From NCBI GenBank assembly GCA_963701665.1, contig OY969622.1, forward strand, positions 928,001 to 992,000: DNA of 64,000 nucleotides, read 5' to 3'. This document shows positions 29,967 through 38,970 of this stretch, piece after piece; position 1 is the first letter of the stretch; each line of letters opens with the position of its first letter. Made by a program: the position numbers and the translations under genes. The notes beneath the pieces were generated by a model. That model saw only the letters and a list, made by a program, of their open reading frames with translations. It was not told the origin of the DNA and made no database searches. This DNA is from Candidatus Babeliales bacterium (GTDB lineage: Bacteria > Babelota > Babeliae > Babelales > JANWKD01).

Positions 29967-30236
29967 ATGTACCTTATTGCATCAATCGGTATTGGACTTA
30001 TTTTAGGAATATTTTATTGGCTCTCTTTGTCAATCCTGACAAAGAGAGCTTCTTTATTATCAAACCAAAATTCTCAAAAAATTCTGCTTACTACAAGCCT
30101 GCATTCATTCGCGCGCATGATTATTTTTGCAGGAATTTTTTTCTATGTGTTGCAGCAAACATATCTTCATTCTATACTAATAATGTTTGTCTTTTTAACT
30201 ACTCTATGGCTTCTCTTGGCTTTTAAGAAAGATTAA
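29967..30236 (+). CDS. ATP synthase accessory membrane protein (AtpR/AtpI-like)
   Basis: G.ILG.FY..L and S...R pattern; lies directly upstream of atpB. Confidence 0.6.
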   Translation: MYLIASIGIGLILGIFYWLSLSILTKRASLLSNQNSQKILLTTSLHSFARMIIFAGIFFYVLQQTYLHSILIMFVFLTTLWLLLAFKKD

Positions 30237-30240
30237 TAAG

Positions 30241-30986
30241 ATGGAAGAGTTAGAGCTTCTTTCGATTGAACTCTGGAATCCTCTTGGCATTTTTGGCATA
30301 CAGAATGATCTGCTTAAAGTGAACAGCATGACGCTCGTCTACACATGGGTAGTATTACTTTTTTTGCTTATCATGGCCCTATTGTTGCGGCTCTACCTTA
30401 CCAAAAAAAAAGCTTAGTCTATTTTTTAGTCACGAGCGGATTGCAATCATTTATTGATTTAACTACTCAATCATTCGGCACTTTTTACTATAATCACTTT
30501 TCCTTTATTGTTGCGCTGTTCATTTTCATTGCCACGTGCAATTTAATCGCACTTATTCCTTGGATTGAAGAACCTACAAGGGATCTTAATACCACACTTG
30601 CACTCGGCTTTATCGGTTTCTTTTACAAAGATTATTATGCCATTAAAGTTCATGGATTGGTCGCCTTTATTAAAGAATTTTTCAGTCCTTTTTTCCTTAC
30701 GTTTCCCCTTAATGTCATTGGGCATTTATCGAAAATAATTTCCATATCATTCCGCTTATTCGGTAACATTTTTGGCGGATCGGTTATTCTGCACATTTAC
30801 AATAATGCGATAGCCGGTTCAATTATTTTTGAAACATTGGGAATGCTATCTGGCTTCAATCTTCTTGCGACGTTCTTTTTTGTTATTTTCGAAGGTTTTA
30901 TTCAAGCATTCGTTTTTACTATGCTCACCCTTACCTATTTAGCTATAGCTATTGAGCCTGAAGAAATGCCGGGAGAAACAACATGA
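30241..30986 (+). CDS. atpB: ATP synthase F0 subunit a, split by a frameshift at A9 (30403-30411)
   Basis: N-terminal part 30241-30417 (TLVYTWVVLL...); C-terminal part has PTRDLNTT, SFRLFGNI, QAFVFTML. Confidence 0.9.
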
Positions 30987-31951
30987 TGCAAGAGCTCGGT
31001 ATATTTTTACATGTTCTCAGTATCGTTTTCTGTGTTGCTGCGACATCATTAGGTGTTGGTATTGGCGGCGGACTGTGCGCACAAGGCTCATTACATGCGC
31101 TCAACATAGCCCCAGCACAAGGCGCCCATATTATTCGTGCGACCATTATTGGGTTAGCCCTTCTTGAAACAGGCGGCATTCTTGGCATTGTTATGAGTCT
31201 CATGATGCTCTTCGGGCAACCAATGTATGACGCATCGCTCTTATATATTGGCATTAGTGAATGTGGTATTGCTTTGGCGCTCGGCATACCAGGATTTCTT
31301 GTTGGCGCATTTTCATCATTGCCTTCACAACAAGCTGCAATAGCCTTAACACGACAACCACTTGCTAGTTCAAAAATTATTAATATCATGCTTTTGACAC
31401 AATCACTCGTTCAAACCCCAGTCATCTTTGGGTTTCTCATTTCCCTATTTATAAAAAATCAACTCTATCAAGCACATGATCTTGCAACAAGTATGCGATT
31501 ACTTGCCAGCGGTTTGTGCTTAGGCATTGGCAGCATAGGCCCCATTATTGGCCTTGCGCGTTTTGCTGGTGTTGCCGTTAAAAGTATTGGTTTTAACAGA
31601 GATTCCTATAGCAAAATAATGCCATTTAGTTTTATCAGCCAGGCAATTATTGAAACGCCGGTAATTTTTGCATTTGTGGTTGCCATGATCTTATTAGCAA
31701 CATCACCCTCTTTGCTTAATAGTGGCATCAATGGTCTCGGGTTCTTAGCTGCAGCATTAGCAATTGGCATTGGAACCTTCGGCCCTGGCATTAGTTCTGG
31801 CGCTATCGCTTCAGCAGCATGCCAAGAAATTGCAGCTGATCCTAAAAATTCTTCAATCCTTATAAAAACAAGTATTTTAGGCCAGGGATTGGTTGATGCG
31901 GCTGCAATATACGCATTGTTGATTTCCTTATTGCTTCTTTTATTAAAATGA
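30983..31951 (+). CDS. atpE: ATP synthase F0 subunit c with four fused hairpins
   Basis: Four Gly-rich helix, loop, carboxylate-helix repeats (LLETG, LVQTP, IIETP, LVDAA). Confidence 0.88.
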   Translation: MMQELGIFLHVLSIVFCVAATSLGVGIGGGLCAQGSLHALNIAPAQGAHIIRATIIGLALLETGGILGIVMSLMMLFGQPMYDASLLYIGISECGIALALGIPGFLVGAFSSLPSQQAAIALTRQPLASSKIINIMLLTQSLVQTPVIFGFLISLFIKNQLYQAHDLATSMRLLASGLCLGIGSIGPIIGLARFAGVAVKSIGFNRDSYSKIMPFSFISQAIIETPVIFAFVVAMILLATSPSLLNSGINGLGFLAAALAIGIGTFGPGISSGAIASAACQEIAADPKNSSILIKTSILGQGLVDAAAIYALLISLLLLLLK

Positions 31952-31978
31952 CAAAAATCATTACAAGAAGGGAAATCC

Positions 31979-32440
31979 ATGACGAGTAGTGTAAGGCCTT
32001 TAGTTGGTGTTGGCGTTTTAATTACCAAAGATGCAAAAATTCTTATGGGCAAAAGAAAAAATGCTCATGGCGATGGTACATGGGCACCTCCCGGTGGGCA
32101 TTTAGAATATGGAGAAACGCCACAAGAAGGCGCGCAACGAGAAGTTCGTGAAGAAACAGGTCTTATTGTTAACACGATGCGTTGGCTCACCTTCACGAAC
32201 GATATGTTTACTGAAGCAAAAAAACAGTATATTACGTTGTATTTCGTTACTGAATATATTTCTGGCACCCCTCAAATTTTAGAACCAGACAAATGTACCG
32301 CTCTTGCATGGTTTGCTTTTGATGAGTTACCATCTCCTCTCTTTTTATCATTTCAAAATTTTTTAAAACAAAATATAATTACCTCGTTTTCATATCCTGA
32401 TATTATACGCAATCAAAGCACGAAAAATATGACATTGTAA
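31979..32440 (+). CDS. Nudix hydrolase (NUDT15/MutT-like)
   Basis: Nudix box GGHLEYGETPQEGAQREVREETG; EPDKC. Confidence 0.92.
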   Translation: MTSSVRPLVGVGVLITKDAKILMGKRKNAHGDGTWAPPGGHLEYGETPQEGAQREVREETGLIVNTMRWLTFTNDMFTEAKKQYITLYFVTEYISGTPQILEPDKCTALAWFAFDELPSPLFLSFQNFLKQNIITSFSYPDIIRNQSTKNMTL

Positions 32441-32442
32441 AT

Positions 32443-32471
32443 GTCATCCCGAGCGCAGCGTGGGGATCCAG
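32443..32471 (+). repeat. Solo hairpin unit of the YGTC...CCAG family
   Basis: GTCATCCCGAGCGCAGCGTGGGGATCCAG, 2 bp after the Nudix stop. Confidence 0.8.
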
Positions 32472-32503
32472 AAATTCAATATATCCTTTTTAAGGCGAGT
32501 GTC

Positions 32504-33649
32504 ATGCAAGAAAAAAATGAGATGGCAGTAGTATATATAATCACGAAGTTAGAGCTCGGTGGCGCACAAAAAGTATGTTTATCCCTTTTTGAACAATTAG
32601 CCAAACGAGGGACAAAAACCTTCTTAATTTCTGGTAATGAAGGTCCGCTCGTTGAAAAAGTATATCATAACGAGCGCGTCATGCTTCTCAATACGTTCAA
32701 ACGCGAGGTTTCATTCAAAATGCTCGTCAGTGAATACAAAAATTTTCTCAGCTTAATCGCGCGCATCAAAAAACTACGCCAAGAACATCCCTCGCTTATT
32801 GTGCACACGCATAGCACAAAAGCCGGCCTTTTGGGCCGCTGGGCCGCGTTTTTTGCGGGCGTTTCACACCGCGTGCATACGGTGCACGGCTATCATTTTC
32901 ACCGGCATCAGCCTTGGCGCGTGTGGCTTATTTCCTATCTTCTTGAACTCATTACCAGCTTTATTACCACGCAGTATGTATGTGTTTCCACCGCCGATAT
33001 CAACGAGGGCAATCGTCTTTTGCCTTTTTTTTCTAAGAAACACTCGCTTATCAGAGCAGCGGTGGCATGGGATGAATTTTATCAACCTGCCTATCGATTA
33101 CCATCTGAACCGATTGAAACATTTATTATCGGAACGGTCGCGTGCTTCAAAAAACAGAAAAACATTCATGATCTTTTAAAGGCTTTTGCACTCGCCTACC
33201 ACCACAATCCTGCACTGAGGTTAGAAATCATCGGTGATGGTCATTTACGTACGATGTTTGAATCATGGATCCGTGAGCATAATCTTACTTCAGTTATCAC
33301 GCTCCATGGATGGAAAAAAAACGTTTCTTTTTTTCTGAAACGATGGCACCTCTTTGCGCTCACCTCATTATGGGAAGGATTGCCATGCGCTATTGTTGAA
33401 GCACGCTTAATGAGATTACCCGTATTTGCCTATAATACGGGCGGCATCAATGATGTCATCAAACATAATGCAAATGGCTTTTTATATGAACATGGTGCAT
33501 GGGCCACCATGGCACATGATTTTGTTACGGTAAGCACTGATCAAGCAGCTTACGCACGCTTGTGTGCATTCAACGATGATTTACGCGATTTTCATGAAGA
33601 TACGATGGTTCAACGGCATCGTGATTTATATATACGAATTAGGATATAA
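32504..33649 (+). CDS. GT4 glycosyltransferase
   Basis: LGGAQ, HTHSTKAG, HTVHG, SLWEGLP...EA; start probably 32504 or 32522. Confidence 0.9.
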   Translation: MQEKNEMAVVYIITKLELGGAQKVCLSLFEQLAKRGTKTFLISGNEGPLVEKVYHNERVMLLNTFKREVSFKMLVSEYKNFLSLIARIKKLRQEHPSLIVHTHSTKAGLLGRWAAFFAGVSHRVHTVHGYHFHRHQPWRVWLISYLLELITSFITTQYVCVSTADINEGNRLLPFFSKKHSLIRAAVAWDEFYQPAYRLPSEPIETFIIGTVACFKKQKNIHDLLKAFALAYHHNPALRLEIIGDGHLRTMFESWIREHNLTSVITLHGWKKNVSFFLKRWHLFALTSLWEGLPCAIVEARLMRLPVFAYNTGGINDVIKHNANGFLYEHGAWATMAHDFVTVSTDQAAYARLCAFNDDLRDFHEDTMVQRHRDLYIRIRI

Positions 33650-33669
33650 CTATACAACAAGCCAAAAAT

Positions 33670-33771
33670 GTCATCACGAGGAGCGAAGCTCCGTGGTGAC
33701 CCAGAACTTCAATAATTCCTTTAATGAATTAATTTTATAAGCTGGGTTGCCACGCTTTCGCTCGCAATGAC
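33670..33771 (-). mobile_element. Gene-less paired hairpin element, subfamily A, inverted
   Basis: 33742-33771 is the exact reverse complement of 20332-20361; spacer homologous to that of 20332-20432. Confidence 0.85.
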
Positions 33772-33782
33772 AGCTTGCTTTT

Positions 33783-34568
33783 TCAGTATTGCCCTAGTTT
33801 GCCCCAGCGCTTTGCGATCTTTTCGCAATACACAAACAGAATAAGGCCACTAAAGAAATATAAGCCTGAATTCATAACAAGCGTAATCAATTGTCCATTC
33901 CTTATAAGTGTCGTTAATGTCGCGGATTCAAACAACACTGACCGTAATACAATGATACCCTCGGCAGTTGGCAACGTGTGCGCGATTTTTTGAATCCACA
34001 CAGGCAGCAACTCAATTGGCAACATTGAACCACTCAAATAGAAAAGAAGATTATCAATAAGATCAATAAGGCCCGCAACGTTTTTATATAATAACGCCAT
34101 TCCTGCAATGCAGAGACCAAAACCAACTAATCCAATTAAAATAATAATTAACACCGGAATAGCATCGATATGCAGTGGAATATGCATTGAGCACAAATAC
34201 ATGATGATAGTACTCATAACGCCAATCATTAACGTTGTTGAAATTATCGTAGAAATACTAGCACCAATAAAAATTATGGCCGGATGGATAGGGCTCATAT
34301 ACATTTGCTCCAGCGTGCCACTACGCCCTTCCAGCGTAAGAATTAAGCTTACTTTTAAGATATATGAAGAGTAGACCCACACAATATAGCCAATGAGTGA
34401 AGGCCCAAATTCTTCTAAATCTGTACTGCCATAATTCATGAGCAAAGCAGTACCTAAAAAATAGATTCCTAAGGTTATAAGCTCGCTAATAACATTAAAT
34501 TTATAGTGCCAATTAACCAGCAAACCTTTGCGTATTTCGTTGCGAATAACTAAGAGTGATGTTGTCAT
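33783..34568 (-). CDS. ABC-2 type exporter permease
   Basis: E...GTLEQ.Y.SP, LSG...P...LP.W, about 6 TM segments. Confidence 0.88.
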   Translation of the reverse strand: MTTSLLVIRNEIRKGLLVNWHYKFNVISELITLGIYFLGTALLMNYGSTDLEEFGPSLIGYIVWVYSSYILKVSLILTLEGRSGTLEQMYMSPIHPAIIFIGASISTIISTTLMIGVMSTIIMYLCSMHIPLHIDAIPVLIIILIGLVGFGLCIAGMALLYKNVAGLIDLIDNLLFYLSGSMLPIELLPVWIQKIAHTLPTAEGIIVLRSVLFESATLTTLIRNGQLITLVMNSGLYFFSGLILFVYCEKIAKRWGKLGQY

Positions 34569-34571
34569 GCG

Positions 34572-35513
34572 TTAACTTTGATTCATGAGATGCACGAAAA
34601 CTTCTTCTAGATTATTATTAACTTTAGATGCTGAAAGCAATGCAAGTCCGTTCGATTTTATTTTTTCAATTAATACGTAAAGTTCTTGTGAGCTTGATAA
34701 GGTGCCAGATAAGATAGTTTTATTATCTTGGTGATTAATCGTAAAGCCTCTAAATAAATCAGATTGATCTTTGTTCAAAGATCCTTCTAATTTAATCTGA
34801 TAACATGTTGGCGAGCACAAGTTGAGAAACTCTTCAATCGGTTTTTGTGCAATCAACTTTCCTTTATTCATGATACCAATGTAATCACACAAACGCTCAG
34901 CTATATCAAGCTGATGCGTTGTAAGCACAATGGTCTTTTTTTCATCACGCGCTAATTTAATAATCCATTTTTTTACGGTGCGCGCGGCATGAATATCAAG
35001 GCCGAGGGTTGGTTCATCAAAGAGAATGATAGGAGGATTTGCAACCAATGCACATGCAATCGCTACTTTTTGTTGTGTCCCACGAGAGAAATCGCCCACT
35101 AACTCATGACGGCAATCCCACAACTCGAGATCATGCAAGAGCATTGCAGCTCGGTCGTATAAGGGGGTACCTGAAACTCCTTTTAGCCGACCATAATAGA
35201 GAAGATTTTCATGCGCACTCAACTGCCAATAAATATTACGCGCTCCCTCAAGTACAACGCCGATCTGTTTCATCGCTTGGTGACGATCAGCAACAATATC
35301 AAAGCCATTTAATCTAATGGTTCCCCGTGTCTGAGTAACAAGGCCACAAATCATTTTGAGCATTGTCGTTTTACCTGCACCATTGGGGCCAAGAAAACCA
35401 AACACCTCCCCTTCATGAATAGCCAAATCTATTGAATTAACTGCTTGAAACTGTTCTTTATTTCCTTGCTCGAAGACCTTACTTAATTTCTTTAACTCTA
35501 TGGCAATAGCCAC
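34572..35513 (-). CDS. ABC-2 exporter ATPase
   Basis: GPNGAGKTT, FSRG, FDEPTLGLD, TTH. Confidence 0.92.
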   Translation of the reverse strand: MAIAIELKKLSKVFEQGNKEQFQAVNSIDLAIHEGEVFGFLGPNGAGKTTMLKMICGLVTQTRGTIRLNGFDIVADRHQAMKQIGVVLEGARNIYWQLSAHENLLYYGRLKGVSGTPLYDRAAMLLHDLELWDCRHELVGDFSRGTQQKVAIACALVANPPIILFDEPTLGLDIHAARTVKKWIIKLARDEKKTIVLTTHQLDIAERLCDYIGIMNKGKLIAQKPIEEFLNLCSPTCYQIKLEGSLNKDQSDLFRGFTINHQDNKTILSGTLSSSQELYVLIEKIKSNGLALLSASKVNNNLEEVFVHLMNQS

Positions 35514-35783
35514 ATTTCCCCCTGTTGGTTAAAAAAATAGAAATTTTTTGCATAGCTAATCATCACCCTTAGTATGCTGTGTTCATAGTACATAAAACAA
35601 TATTAAAAAGAAGAGATTTTTGAAGATTGCGTATCTTAGTATACATAGGCCTTTTTATAGCATGAAAATCGGTTAAGAATTTTAGGTAATTTTTTATGAA
35701 ACATTGTCAGAGTATAACAAAAAAAAGTTTTATCGCTACTAATACTTTTTTTAATGCATAAGCCCTTCAAGACGGGTTTATTG

Positions 35784-36599
35784 CTATGATGAAACATACG
35801 ATGCAATCCTATTATACCAGCCAGGGAGCCATCGCCCTTCATTGCGTTCTGGAGGAGCATTTTTGACCCGTTGTTCTAATACATGTCTTGCAGAATTTCT
35901 AAAATCTTTCAACGCTTCTATTCCCTCAGAGTTACCTTGCATCCCCTCTAATACCTGCAAGAGCCCCCACCTATGGCCGTTATATGATAACGAGGGATCA
36001 CCTCCCTCACCCTTAAAATTGAGGTAATCAACCAACACGTAAACACCGTTTTTACTCCGCAGAACACGATAAAATTGTTGTTTTATGTGATTTTTCTGTG
36101 ATTCTTTACCTATTGAACGCATCATCCTTGGCAACGATTTTTTTAGGCGCTGAATCGCGAAAGCAACCTGCAGATCAAATGTCTCTTTCAGAAACTTTCT
36201 CAAATCTTTCATGGCTGAGCTCTCGAAAGCAGCCATAAACTCTGCGCGTGTTTTCCATGGACAATAACGATGCAAGGCTATTGCTGGTATCTTTTTTCCA
36301 TGTCCTTTTATAAAGCGGACCAATTCTGGAAATGTATTCTTAAATATTTGCTTAACACCCGCGGGACACCAGGTAGCATGAATCGGTCCTAGCGAGGCTA
36401 GTTCTTCGCCCTCGTTCCACCAGGTTAACTTTGTATAATCGCCCCCGCACTCGTTACGAAAAATTTTTTGACCAATATCACGCGCTTCTTGTGCTGATAT
36501 ATGTTCCAGGACTGATGCGCTATTTTTATGCGTTTCTTTTGCATAAGAATCGTAGCTATACCATGCGAGTATGCACACAATAACTAGATGCATAGTCAT
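35784..36599 (-). CDS. Secreted conserved hypothetical protein, possibly lysozyme-like
   Basis: Signal peptide after AAGGAG; NECGG...WNEGE..ASLG, DYLNFKGEG, WLPGWYNR. Confidence 0.6.
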   Translation of the reverse strand: MTMHLVIVCILAWYSYDSYAKETHKNSASVLEHISAQEARDIGQKIFRNECGGDYTKLTWWNEGEELASLGPIHATWCPAGVKQIFKNTFPELVRFIKGHGKKIPAIALHRYCPWKTRAEFMAAFESSAMKDLRKFLKETFDLQVAFAIQRLKKSLPRMMRSIGKESQKNHIKQQFYRVLRSKNGVYVLVDYLNFKGEGGDPSLSYNGHRWGLLQVLEGMQGNSEGIEALKDFRNSARHVLEQRVKNAPPERNEGRWLPGWYNRIASYVSS

Positions 36600-36662
36600 A
36601 GCACTATACTCCTTTAATGATTCTCGAAAAGAAAACATACTGCCTTTGAACAACGTAAAACG

Positions 36663-37511
36663 TTAGATAACCTCTAGATGTCTAAGAGTTTTTTTGAGAT
36701 CTTTCGATCCTTTAAAGTGAATACAACGTAACTTACGTTTACCAAGGCGCATTGCAGCTTCGATATTAAAATATTCATCATCAATAAAAATCGTAAATTC
36801 CATATCGGGATTAATGTTAAATTCTTTGAATGCAACATGAAAAAGTTCAGGATCCGGTTTAATCAAATGAACCTTTCCTGAAACTATGATGCCATCAAAA
36901 CAATCAAATAACTCTTTAAATTCTTTCTTCTTTCTAATCAATTCAAAAGTTTCTTGATCAAAGTTAGTTAACAGGTAAATTTTGTGCATATGCTGACCTG
37001 TATAACCTTTTTTACCGCGACATTTTTTTATAATTTTTATAACTGATTTTTTAGGAATAGTTACCGAAGCGAGTTGATCAGGAGTAAACATAAAATCGGT
37101 AATAGCGATCCACAATTTAGCTTTTCTCTTGCCAATCTTTGATTTAACTTCATTAATTTTTGCAGTGACAAGCGTTCTGACCTGTTTTGGCGTCTTAAGG
37201 CCTTGCAACCAATCACACATAATTTTTGGTAAAATTTTATCATTATTAGTTACCACTATTTGACCAGCTTTGTATGGTTCTATGGTACTTAAAAAATCCA
37301 TATATTCTTCTTCAATCCGCAATGGGTTTGAAAAAATATTGGCAAAAATATTACCTAATCCTATTTTAGAAAGCACAGAACTCGTCGATTGCTCACCAAG
37401 AACATCGCCAAAATCGATAAGAATATTGGTTGGCACAACCGCCAATCCTAGCGTATGAACCCCTAAGAGAAAAAAAATTACCATAAAGTTCATGCTTCGG
37501 TTTTTAATCAT
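36663..37511 (-). CDS. HAD-superfamily hydrolase with N-terminal signal-like segment
   Basis: IDFGDVL, LLTN, KPDP, FIDD..N. Confidence 0.85.
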   Translation of the reverse strand: MIKNRSMNFMVIFFLLGVHTLGLAVVPTNILIDFGDVLGEQSTSSVLSKIGLGNIFANIFSNPLRIEEEYMDFLSTIEPYKAGQIVVTNNDKILPKIMCDWLQGLKTPKQVRTLVTAKINEVKSKIGKRKAKLWIAITDFMFTPDQLASVTIPKKSVIKIIKKCRGKKGYTGQHMHKIYLLTNFDQETFELIRKKKEFKELFDCFDGIIVSGKVHLIKPDPELFHVAFKEFNINPDMEFTIFIDDEYFNIEAAMRLGKRKLRCIHFKGSKDLKKTLRHLEVI

Positions 37512-37577
37512 AATGATCCCCTTAACAATGATTTAATTACACTATTATACAGGTATTCTAAAAAAAAATCCTTTTTA

Positions 37578-38345
37578 TTACTTTATTATGCCATAATATC
37601 GCAACAAGGAGGCCAGCTTTGAGGCTTTTTTACACAAAATAGTCATCATACCGAACTGTTGTGCTGTCACAAGGTTCTCATTCTGATCGTCAATATAGCA
37701 GCAGTCGGATGGTGTAAGGTTATATGTATCGATTAAATATTGATAGATCGTGGGGTCAGGTTTCAGCAATTGGGTTTCATACGAGGTGACAATGCCATCA
37801 AATAAGCTAAAAAAATTTTTATAGAGCATTTTTTGTGCCTCGAACGTTTCTCGATCAATATTGGACAGAATATAGAGACGATACCGATTATCCTTTTTCA
37901 AAGATCGTATCAAACACTCAATATGCGCAACTGGTCTAAACACATCTCCTGCATTTAACAGCAATTGAGCAAATCTTAGTAATGTTTTTCTTTGAAGCTC
38001 ATCTTTAAAATAATTCTTTTTGGCCAACACTCCAAAAAATGATAGCAAACGTTGAAGCGCTGCTTTACTATCTAATTTTCCTTGTTGCCATTCAAGCATA
38101 CACATAGGCAAATAAGTACCCCTATAAGCAACGACATCTTGGAATTCTCCAGGCGCCTCAAGACGCATTCTATTGAGAAGCGAAAAACTATCTTTGAATG
38201 GATCACTTCTATGTCGGAGATAATACATAATCAGAGCGTATACCCCGATTGTGTTGAGCGCCCTCGCTTTATCAATAAAAAAAAGAACACCCATAAAATC
38301 AAAAACGAGTGTTTTAATAGGACGCTCCTGCATGCATTCTTTCAT
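37578..38345 (-). CDS. HAD-superfamily hydrolase (YihX-like)
   Basis: FDFMGVL, ILSN, KPDP.IY, YIDD..N. Confidence 0.85.
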   Translation of the reverse strand: MKECMQERPIKTLVFDFMGVLFFIDKARALNTIGVYALIMYYLRHRSDPFKDSFSLLNRMRLEAPGEFQDVVAYRGTYLPMCMLEWQQGKLDSKAALQRLLSFFGVLAKKNYFKDELQRKTLLRFAQLLLNAGDVFRPVAHIECLIRSLKKDNRYRLYILSNIDRETFEAQKMLYKNFFSLFDGIVTSYETQLLKPDPTIYQYLIDTYNLTPSDCCYIDDQNENLVTAQQFGMMTILCKKASKLASLLRYYGIIK

Positions 38346-38589
38346 AATGTTAACGTTTTACTACCTAGCCAAGAGATGTTGAAAAAAATAAATCATATTT
38401 ATGCTACTAAAATCAAGAAATGATTTTCTGCTTTTTTTACTTTTTAGAGATATTCCTGCGATGAGCCTGATTGCGTGTTATTAGTATAGAAAAAATTATG
38501 CCCATTGTCTTTAAATGCGGCTGCCATTTTTCTTTTAGTTACTTTTTGGGTACATTAAAAAGAAAGAACCAATTACTCTTAAGAAAGCT

Positions 38590-38970
38590 ATGACCCTTTA
38601 TCAAGCCCTATTAATGGATCATTACCATCATCCACGTAATTATGGAAAGCTCGAAAATCCCCATTTTCAATCCGGGGATATGAACCCCTCCTGCGGGGAT
38701 AGCGTTTCATTGCAAGGCATTGTTGAAAATAATCATCTGAAAAAAGTCTGTTTTACCGCTCAAGGATGCGTCATAAGCATAGCGGCAGCATCGTTATTAA
38801 CCGAACATGTCACAGGACTTTCTCTAGATCAAATAGAACAATTAACCCCGGAGACCATGCAACAGCTCCTTGGCATTACCTTGGGGCCTTTACGATTGAA
38901 ATGCGCACTATTACCATTACAAGCCCTGCAAAAGGGAATCGTTGAATTCAAGAAGGCTCATCATGCTTGA
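38590..38970 (+). CDS. sufU: Fe-S scaffold / sulfur-transfer protein, SufU/IscU family
   Basis: DHY.HPRNYG, NPSCGD, GCVIS.AAAS, RLKCA.L. Confidence 0.88.
   Translation: MTLYQALLMDHYHHPRNYGKLENPHFQSGDMNPSCGDSVSLQGIVENNHLKKVCFTAQGCVISIAAASLLTEHVTGLSLDQIEQLTPETMQQLLGITLGPLRLKCALLPLQALQKGIVEFKKAHHA

Noticed and set aside
30345..30402. ORF-track N-terminus of atpB (MGSITFF...)
   Set aside because: Out-of-frame artefact; the plausible N-terminus starts at 30241.
30949..32052. Long antisense ORFs over atpE (146 and 148 aa)
   Set aside because: Antisense shadows of a Gly/Ala-rich gene with no recognisable motifs.
38527..38570. GTTACTTTTTGGG...AAAAAGAAAGAAC imperfect palindrome upstream of sufU
   Set aside because: Single degenerate copy in the window; cannot be supported as a repeat or regulator.
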